Below, one piece after another: positions 11,106 through 19,921 of a stretch of DNA of 31,719 nt. The translations under genes were made by a program, and so were the position numbers. The stretch comes from Cyanophora paradoxa CCMP329 (taxonomy: Eukaryota > Plantae > Glaucophyta), in the NCBI GenBank assembly GCA_004431415.1, contig QPMI01000351.1, positions 1-31,719 on the forward strand, read 5' to 3'. The notes below the pieces were generated by a model. The model saw only the letters and a program-made list of their open reading frames with translations, was not told the DNA's origin and made no database searches. Each line of letters opens with the position of its first letter. Within the stretch, counting starts at the first letter, position 1.

Positions 11106-11144
11106 CAGTCCCTAATACACTAGGGATTACTGAAAAAAAAAAAA
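11106..11144 (+). other. LINE 3' terminal stem-loop and poly(A) tail
   Basis: TCCCTA (11109-11114) pairs with TAGGGA (11121-11126), flanked by CAG/CTG, and is immediately followed by 12 A (11133-11144). Confidence 0.8.
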
Positions 11145-11312
11145 GGCGCGGGGCCCGTCCTGGGAGAACGGGCGCAGTTCCGCGGGCCCATCCCCTCATG
11201 TGCCCCCTCACTCCCTCGAGGCGAGCCTTTTGTCTCGCGCCCGGCGGCCCCGGCTCATCTTATAGATTCTGAATTTGAGTTTAATACACGTCGTTCCTGT
11301 GTGCTCTCACGC

Positions 11313-12260
11313 TCGCCGCCCCGCCCGTCGAGCCGCGCCGCCGCCGGCCGCTCCGATCCTCCGCCCCGCCCAGAGCCGAGCCGCGCCGCCGCCCGCCGCG
11401 GCGCCGCCCCACCCGTCGAGCCGCGCCGCCGCCGGCCGCTCCGATCCTCCGCCCCGCCCAGAGCCGAGCCGCGCCGCCGCCCGCCGCGGCGCCGCCCCAC
11501 CCGTCGAGCCGCGCCGCCGCCGGCCGCTCCGATCCTCCGCCCCGCCCAGAGCCGAGCCGCGCCGCCGCCCGCCGCGGCGCCGCCCCGCCCGTCGAGCCGC
11601 GCCGCCGCCGGCCGCTCCGATCCTCCGCCCCGCCCAGAGCCGAGCCGCGCCGCCGCCCGCCGCGGCGCCGCCCCACCCGTCGAGCCGCGCCGCCGCCGGC
11701 CGCTTCGATCCTCCGCCCCGCCCAGAGCCGAGCCGCGCCGCCGCCCGCCGCGGCGCCGCCCCACCCGTCGAGCCGCGCCGCCGCCGGCCGCTCCGATCCT
11801 CCGCCCCGCCCAGAGCCGAGCCGCGCCGCCGCCCGCCGCGGCGCCGCCCCACCGTCGAGCCGCGCCGCCGCCGGCCGCTCCGATCCTCCGCCCCGCCCAG
11901 AGCCGAGCCGCGCCGCCGCCCGCCGCGGCGCCGCCCCGCCCGTCGAGCCGCGCCGCCGCCGGCCGCTCCGATCCTCCGCCCCGCCCAGAGCCGAGCCGCG
12001 GCGCCGCCCGCCGCGGCGCCGCCCACCCGTCGAGCCGCGCCGCCGCCGGCCGCTTCGATCCTCCGCCCCGCCCAGAGCCGAGCCGCGCCGCCGCCCGCCG
12101 GGCACCGCCCCGCCCGTTGAGCCGCGCCGCCGCCGGCCACACCTCCGCCCGCCGCGGCGCCGCCCTGCCCGTCGAGCCGCACCGCCGCCGGCCGCCCGTC
12201 GAGCCGCGGCCCGCCCGCTGCTCCTCCGCCGCGCTCGTCGAGCCGCGCCGCCCGCCCGGC
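11313..12260. repeat. GC-rich tandem satellite, 88-bp unit, ~9 full copies plus a degenerate tail
   Basis: The GTCGAG anchor recurs at 11327, 11415, 11503, 11591, 11679, 11767, 11854, 11942, 12029 and 12116 (GTTGAG variant), spaced 87-88 bp. Confidence 0.97.
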
Positions 12261-13145
12261 AGGCTGCCGATTGCGTTACACAGTGTTCGCCACAGTGTAT
12301 GGAATGTGTTACGCAACTCATGTGTGGCTTATGTGTAACTCAATGTAAGAGACTGCGTAACACAATGCACACAGGCGCACCTTCAGAGGCAGTACACGGA
12401 GACTGAAACGGGCTCCTCCGGCGGCGTCGCTTCCCCTCGGCGGCGTTCCCAGCCGTCGGTCCTTCTTGCCTTTGTCCTTCGGCTCGTCCCAGATGTGCCT
12501 TTTAGGGTCGATGTGTGTTCAGGAAGGTCTCCCCGCTGCGGCCTTTGCCGCAGTGCAATTGGCTTCTTTGCGGACGGCCGGTCGCCGCCAGCTCCCGGCA
12601 AACGCTGTGCCAAGGCTGCGCGCGACGATAGACAACACGTCTGGGCTCGAAGCGCTAGCGGGCGCGGCGGCGCAGCGGCGCTCAAGCTCGTGGCCTGGGC
12701 GGCGCCTTCTTGTTCGAGCTGCTGCAGCTGCTGCTTCAAGAAGGCACGTTGTCCGCCTCCGGCTCCGCGGCTCCTCGCTTCGTCGCGAAGTAGATCTAGA
12801 AGCACCGGCGCATGCGCGCGATGCTTGCGCAGTGCGGGACGCGAGGGCAGCGAACCTCTGCCTCGTTAAAACCTTCACATCAGCTGCGCGCCGGCTCCAT
12901 CGATCGTGCTTGCACTTGCACTTGCACTGTCGACGCTGCCCTCCTTCCTGCCGCGGCCACCTGCACCGTCGACGTCTGGCTTCTAGATCTTGCCCATCGT
13001 GCGATCGCCCCGGCCGTACGCGTACGAGCTCTAGCTATAGGGATCGACTGCGGCTCTAGCTAGCTGTATCCTGGCGTAACGCAATCCCCCGCTTTGTGTC
13101 GGGCTACGCATTTACTCGAAGATGGATCAAAAACGCGGACCAAAA

Positions 13146-13201
13146 AAATTTGATGGTCCACGGAATTGTTTGGTCCACTACAAATTGTTTGGTCCACTAC
13201 A
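13146..13201. repeat. 19-bp tandem duplication AATTGTTTGGTCCACTACA x2 plus a degenerate third copy
   Basis: Perfect copies at 13164-13182 and 13183-13201; related AATTTGATGGTCCAC just upstream. Confidence 0.9.
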
Positions 13202-13699
13202 CATCGCAGGGTTCGACGGCACTCGAGCTCGCCGCATCCTTGCTGCCGGCTGGCCATATGCATGGCCTGCTGCTCACCCCATGCTCCCTCCGCCGCGGCG
13301 CTCAGCAAAGCCCCGCGGCCGGAGCCTCGGAGAAGGCCTCTATAGCTAGATCTAGCTAACTTAGTAATTATATAAGGCCTAGCCTAGTAGGGTGCCACGG
13401 TGGCAAGCTTAAGAGGCAAAGTGCCGCTGCTGAAGGCTAATACTACGCAGCCCTGGGCCGTTTACCGCAGTCGCAGATTTGTATGGGAGCGGGATTATGT
13501 ACGGCTTAAGCTTGGAAGCAAGGTGAGCGGGAGCTGACCAGGGGCTGATCATGACCAGCTGAGCTGACCAGGGGGTGAGCGGGAGAGGGGTAGACCAGAC
13601 ATTCCAAATTGACCCCAGGCGCAGCCCGAAGAGCGGCAAGCGCGGTTGGAAGAAGACGATATGGATTTGCGAGCTTAGCTAGCCGAGCCGGAGTGCGAC

Positions 13700-16600
13700 A
13701 TGGCTGGCCGATTGGCGCCGCTTGCGGCGGTTCTGCTGCTAGCTATCGCACTGGCAGGACTGGAGAGGAGCTATGCACAGAGTTCGTGCCCCTTCCGACC
13801 GCGCTAAGAGCTCTGCGCTGGCAGGGCGAACCCGCCCCAGACCGCCGGCCGCGCGGCTGACCGTGCCCTGCCCGAGCAGCCCCGACCGCATCTCCAACGC
13901 CTAGCCCCACGCCGAGCTCCAACAGCACCAATGCGACCGCGCCGACCCCCACACCCGGGATAGGACCTGCCCCGCTGCAGTTCCTCTCGGTCTCGCCGCT
14001 TGTCGGTGCGGCTAGCGCGGCTCACGCGCGCGCTTTGGCGTGCAGCTGAACGCCCCGCCTGCAGGCGATATCGGAGGGGGAACGACGGTCACCTTCGTCA
14101 TGGCAAACAACACCAACCAGTCGTCGTTTGAGATAGCGGTCGTGTACTTCGCGGGCGTGGCGGGCTCCAAGCGGCCGAAGGAGCCCGGCCGCCTGCAAGT
14201 CGTCACCAACCGCGACCCCGGCACTGGCCTCATCCCGCTGTGCGCCCCCACGCTCCGGCCGCCCCGCCCCCCCGCCGGCCTGGCCTGACGTGCTGCGCGC
14301 AGGCGGGGTGCGATCAACTACACGCTCATCGGGGATCCCGTGCCGGGCCGGCAGTACACGATCCCTAACATCACCTACAAGTTCAACGACTGTCCGCCCC
14401 GCCCCGCCCCGCCCCGCCCCGCCTCCACCCCCGCATGACGTGGCGCCGCAGCGCCTCGGATCAACTCTGTCACTTTCACGTACGCCTCGAATCCGAAGGA
14501 GACGCACGTGTTCCGAGAACTGTCGGCCCGGGCGGCGTTCACGGCGTACCTCCCCGTGGCCGGCACGGTCCGGGTAGACGTGACGACCTACACCGACACG
14601 TCGCTGCCGTACTCACGCGGCGGCGCCTTTGACCGCGACGGGCCCACCCTCGTCTACAACTGGCAGGCGCGCCCCGCCTGCCCCGTTCCTTCTCCCGCCC
14701 CGCGCTTCCTTTTCCGAGCGGCGCGCCTCGCCCGCGCAGCTGGTGAGCGGGCCGGCCGTGGACTTCGGGAACGGGACGAGGCCGTTCATCGTGTTCACGC
14801 CGGGAGCCACGCCGCGGAGGTACACCTTCGGCCTCACCGTCTTCGACTCGGACAACTTCACCGTCTACCGCGAGATCGACGTCACCGTCTCCCTCCAGCA
14901 GGGTCCGCCCCCCCTCTCGGCCCCGAGGAGCGCCCCGAGGAGCGCCGGGCTGATGGGCCGGGCGCAGTGGTGAACCTGGCGATGCGGCTCGCGGTGCCGG
15001 ACCTGAACCTGACGGCGCGCCTCTTCGCCGACCCCGCCTTCCTCCTCCGCTTCAAGGGCGGCATCTCCGACACCTACGGCATACCCCCCTCCCGCGTGCG
15101 CCCCGCGCCCTCTCTCCCCCCGGCCCCTCTGCCCACCATCTGCCCTGCCGCCGGACCGACGCCGCTGCCCGCCGCAGACGTGGGGCGTGGACACGAGCGT
15201 CGCGTCGGTGGCGCCGGCGCCGGTGCCCGTCGTCAACGGCACCGCCGGGGGCGTCAACGGCACCGCCGGGGGCGTCAACGGGACGGCGGGGGCGGGCAAC
15301 GGGACGCGGGCGACCCCGACGCCGGCCCCGCGCCCGGCCGGCGGCAACGCCACGCAGCCGGCCGGCAACTCGACGCTGGCCCTCGCAGGGGGGCGCCGCG
15401 CGCTGCGGGGCGCGGCGGCGGCGGACGGGCCGATCGCGGGGACGGTGGCGGTGACGGCGAAGCTGGTGGCCCCCGAGGCGTCGGCGCTGGCGGCGCTGCT
15501 GCAGGCGATCCAGAGCGTGCCGCTGCGCTCGCTGACGGCCAAGATCGGGGCCGCCACGGACTACGCCCTGGGCACCAGCATGGAGGTCCTCGCCGCCGTC
15601 CCCTCCCTCTTCGCCCGCCCCGCCAACGCCCTCCCCCTCGCCCTCCTCGTCGGCGGCCCCGCCGTCACCGTCCCCTCCTCCCGCCCCACCTTCGTCGTCG
15701 ACTCCTCCGCGAGCTACGACCCCGACGGCTACATCGTGCGCTACCTCTGGAGCGGGACGCTGGAGTTCCCGTGCGGGGCGGCGAGCTACTACCTCTGCTC
15801 GGACCCGCCGGCGCGGAACCCGAGCTGGCAGGAGGGCTCCTACTCGCCCCTCGCCGAGGCCTCCCTCGTCGTCCCCCTCAACGTCAGCGCCGCCAACGCC
15901 ACCGCCTTCCCCATCGCCGGCTACCGCCCCTTCTTCCGCTACACGTCCGCCCCCGCCCCGCCGCCCGCCGCCCCCCGCCCCGCCGCCGGCGCCGGCCAAC
16001 GCGGCCGCAGGGTGACGCTGCAGGTGGTGGACAACGACGGGATGCTGTGCGCTCAGCCCTTCACGCAGGTCATCGACATCGAGCGCAGTGCGCCCCCGCC
16101 CCCGCCGGCCCGTCCCGCTCCCTCTCTCTCTCTCGCTGACGGGCCCTCCGCGCCGCGCCGCGCAGCGAACGCGGCGGTGCGGGCGGAGACGGCGCCGGTG
16201 GACCTGCGCCCCTGCCTCGAGTTCCCCGTCCTCGAGCCCGTCCGCGTGCGCCCGTCCCCGGCCGCACGCCCCGCCGCGCCCCCTCTCCCGCCTCTGAGCT
16301 CCGCGCGCCCCGCAGTTCTCGGGGAAGGCGGTGGACCCGGACCTGGCGGGGGTCTTCCGGGACGGGCGGGTGGTGGCGATGGAGTGGCGCCAGGTCTACG
16401 GCCCCGCCGGCGTCCCGCAGCGCGCCCTGCCCCTCTCCGCCACCGCCACCGACTACGAGCTCACGGCCCCCGCCGTCGGCTACTACGGCCTCGAGCTCAC
16501 CGCGACGGACAACACGGGTTCTTCCCACACCGTCTCCGCCTCCTTCTGCGTCGCCTCCAGTGCGCCTGTCGCCCCGCCCCTCGCGGAGCGCCCGCCCCGC

Positions 16601-19574
16601 CCCTCACCCCCGCCCGCCCCGCAGACTCGGTCTCGCGCTGGGCGCGGGCGCTGGCGCGGGGCTTCGAGCCCTTCGTGGCGACGGCGCTGCCGTTCCTCGC
16701 CGTCGTGCACCTCGCCGCCCGCGTCTACGTCGCCCTCTCCGGCGCCTTCCTCGCCCCCGGCATCTCCGCCACCAACCTCCTGGCGCGCCCCGGCCCGCCC
16801 CGCCCCGTCCTCCCCCTCCCCCGCTCACGCGCGCGCGCTCCGCTCTCCGCAGGGCCTGCTCTCGCACGTGCAGCACGTGTCGCTGACGGGCGACCTCGCG
16901 GCGGCGCCGGCCGACTACCGCCACCTCACGCACGCCCTCTCCTGGACGAACGCCCAGTTCCCCGCCCCCTGGGACCGGGGCGTCGCCACGCCGGACGCCG
17001 CCTACCGCCGCTACTACGCGCCCCTCTCCGCGGCGCTCGCCGCCGCCAACGCCTCCTCCCCCGCGGCGGCGGCGGCGGCCCTGGCGGCGGACCCCGACAT
17101 GGTGGACCCGGCCTACGGGTGGGACCCCCTCACGGTCTTCCCGGGGACGGTCTTCTACTGCACGGTCTGCGCCCTGGGCGTCCTCCTGCTCCACGCATCC
17201 CTCCAGTACGCCGTCCGCGCCGCCTCCCGCTTCACCCTCCCCTTCCCCTACCCCATCGCCGTCCCGGGCCTCGAGCTCGGCCTCTTCCTCGCCCTCTTCG
17301 GCGGCCTCGCCCTCTCCGCCGCCAAGGTCGTGGGGGCGGGCCCGGGCCCCGACTCGGCCCAGTTCGCCCTCGCCGTCCTCCTCCTGGTCGGGCTCTTCGT
17401 GGCGGGGCCCGTGGCGGCGTACGGCCTGCCCATCTACGCCGTCGCCACGGGCCGCATCGCCTTCTTCTTCGACGTCGAGCCGCCCTGGGGCCACCACCTC
17501 GCCATGCGCGCCCTCTACCGCGCGGGGCGCGTCAGGGCGCCCACGAACCCGCACGCGGAGGTCGAGGTGCCGGGCTTCGAGCGGCCCCAGGTGGACGCCA
17601 TCCGCAAGGAGGCCCCCGTGGTGGAGACGGGGGCGACCAAGGCGGTCGACGGGGACCTGGACGCCTCGCCCCAGGCGGCGGCGGCGCGCGACTACGGCGA
17701 GTTCCTCGCCTCCCTGCGCCTCCCCAACCAGGGCCGGCCCCGCGTCCTCGAGGAGGACCGCGCCGCCGCCTACGGCTTCCGCCCCGAGGAGACGCACAAG
17801 CGCCGCGTCCTCCAGATCCGCGCCTGGTACGACCCGCCCCTCGACTGGTGCCGCCGCCTCGTGCGCATCGCGCGGCGGGCGGGGGAGCCGCTGCTGGTGC
17901 GCGGCGACTGGTGCGCGGCGCGGGAGGAGGAGCGGCGCTGGCTCTTCGCCCTCGCCCCGCTGCTCATGAACTACGTGTGGGACGGGTCGCGGGGCTTCTT
18001 CTTCGGCGCCCTCCCCGCCCTCTTCGGCGCCTTCGACCTCTCCCTGCGCCTCGCGGAGGCCCTCCTCGTCGGGTGCCTGGCGGGGCAGCCGCTCGCGCAG
18101 GCCGCCGCGCTCCTCGCCTGCGAGGCGGCCGCCCTCCTCTACATCCTCCTCGCCTACCCCTACCGCAACCGCCTCCAGTTCGCCCTCCACGCCGCCCTCC
18201 GCGCCTTCAACGTCGCCGTCCTCGCCCTCCTCGTCGACGCCGCCGCCTCCCCGCGCCCCTCCCCCGTCTACCCCTTCACCCTCGCCTTCCACGTGCGCCC
18301 CGCGTTCCCAGCGCGCCCTCCCCCCCGGCCTCGCCCCGCGCCTCACTCCCTTGCGCGCGCAGGTGTCGATCCTGCACGCGACGTCGGTGGTGGTAGCGGT
18401 GGCGGCGGAGAGCAGCTTCCTCCTCGTCCACCTCCTCAACGTCTTCTTCGGGCCCACCGCCGAGGCCTCCGCCGCCGCCCCGACCCTCGCCCGCCGCGCC
18501 GCCGGCGACGAGGAGCGCTACGGGGGCGCCTTCGACCGCACGGGCGGCACGGGCATCCGGCTTGCCGGGGAGACGCTGCGGGCGGGGACGACGCAGCGGG
18601 CGGCGGGCTCTACGGGAGGCGACGGTCAAGCCCTGGCAGGTCCTCCCGAGGAGACCGTCCGCGGCGGCCGCCCCACGGCTTCCTCGGCACCCTCCGCGCC
18701 GCCGCCCGCGCCGTCTTCGCCCCGCGCTCCCCGTGCGGCCGCCGGGACGCGGCGGGCGATGCCGGAAGAGCTGCGGGCGGGGCGGCGTCGCCGCAGCGGC
18801 TGGAGGGGCCCCGGCGTGGGCTCCCTCGCGCGCCCGCTGGAGCGCGAGGTGCTGGACGACGAGGAGGACGAGGACGAGGACGCCGTGCACGAGTTCGAGC
18901 TCCCCGTCCGCGCCCCGCCGGCGCCCCCGCACGACCCCTCCGGCCCCCGACCCCGGCACCTGGAAGGAGCCGGCCGCCTACGCCCGCCCCGGCTCCCGCG
19001 CCGACGGCAGGCCCGGCTCCCGCGCCGACGGCCGCCCGGCTCGCGGGCGGCCGGCGGGGACCGGCCGGCCAGCCGCGCCACCGGCACCGCAGAGCCGCCG
19101 CTGCCGCCGCCGCTCCCGACGGTGCCGGAGCCGACGCCGGCGCCCCCGCCGCCGGCGCGGGAGCCTCTGCCCGTCACGGGTACGTGATGAGGCCGAAGCC
19201 GCCGCCGCCGCAGCCGAAGAAGGCGGACTACTTCCCGCCCCTCGACCGACCGGCGCCGCCGCCGGCTATGCCGGCAGTACCCACGCGCGGCGGGCCTCCG
19301 CCTCCGGCACGCGCCTATCCCATCCCCTACGCCCCGCTCTACGGCGCGCCCATCCCGGGCACCGAGCCGCTGCCGCCCCGCCGCCCCTCTTTTCGGCCGC
19401 ACCGTACGGCCCGGCTCGCCGGCGCGCCCGCCGCCCCCGCCGATGGCGGTGCCGGGGCGCGTGCGTCCGGCCATGCGGCGGGGCCAGCCGGAGGGCGTCA
19501 CCGTCCTGCCCACCATCCCCTCCGCCGGCCCCCTGCCGCCTCAGCGCGAGACCCCGCGCGCCAACTTCTACTAG
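13700..19574 (+). CDS. Multi-exon signal-peptide protein: IPT/TIG-like and ~3 PKD (KIAA0319-like) repeats, multipass TRP-like (Flc/Pkd2-type) membrane domain, Pro-rich cytoplasmic tail
   Basis: Signal peptide MAGRLAPLAAVLLLAIALAG. Spliced SVSPLVGDIGGGTTVTF (IPT-like). PKD-like motifs DRDG..VYNWQLVSGP..YTFGLTVFDSD, SYDPDGYIVRYLW..VTLQVVDNDG and DPD..EWRQVYGP..LELTATDNTG. LSHVQHVSLTGDL..PADYR..LSW followed by many hydrophobic helices (16650-18450). About 13 introns. The tail needs frameshifts, so the stop at 19574 is tentative. Confidence 0.75.
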
Positions 19575-19921
19575 TCTCCGGAGAGAGCCTGTGGTTAGAC
19601 AGGCCTAGGTCGCTTATGAATTTTGAACGATATCTCGCTTCTTCGCCGGGAAAGCCTGAGCAGCGCGGCCCGGAAGCGGCGCGCGGTCGCGGTACCGGCC
19701 CCGGCGGTGCATGTTCACATGCACGTGGCGCGCGGTGGATCGGATCGGCCGGAGTATACGCAGCTTCCCAGAGTCCTTAAGCTTCGAATTCATGCACTGC
19801 GGCATGCGCATGCGCATGCGCAGGCTTCTTTTGCACGACTCGCGATTCGCGACACGTAGCCCCCTCTTATTCCCACCCCCCGGCCCGGATCAAATTCGGT
19901 TTTCAGCACGCTACGCCCACA

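Larger units (their letters stand above)
1..11144 (+). mobile_element. Long non-LTR (LINE-type) retrotransposon, APE-RT-RNaseH-Zn finger-Ulp1 protease; 5' boundary not defined
   Basis: Ordered APE, RT, RNase H and Cys/His motifs on the + strand with no introns, unlike the host genes. Ends in a stem-loop plus A12 tail at 11133-11144. No target-site duplication found, so the 5' end may lie anywhere from before position 1 to ~1390. Confidence 0.9.

Noticed and set aside
11145-11165. Target-site duplication for the LINE
   Set aside because: Only 6-7 bp GC-rich matches upstream (for example GGCGCGG at ~690), which is expected by chance.
11313-12260. CRISPR array
   Set aside because: Units are contiguous with no unique spacers, there are no cas genes, and the context is eukaryotic.
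11255-12338. Several long ORFs on both strands over the 88-bp array
   Set aside because: Artefacts of a stop-poor GC-rich tandem repeat; the unit length is not a multiple of three.
12383-13059. Short ORFs in the spacer between the satellite and the first host gene
   Set aside because: No recognisable motifs, host-like codon pattern or clear splice structure.
13340-13392. Helitron 3' end (CTAG)
   Set aside because: No clear subterminal GC hairpin or Rep/helicase remnant, and CTAG is common throughout the intergenic DNA here.
16604-18457. 617-aa minus-strand ORF and similar long Arg/Gly/Pro-rich ORFs across the window
   Set aside because: Antisense or off-frame shadows of GC3-rich real exons.
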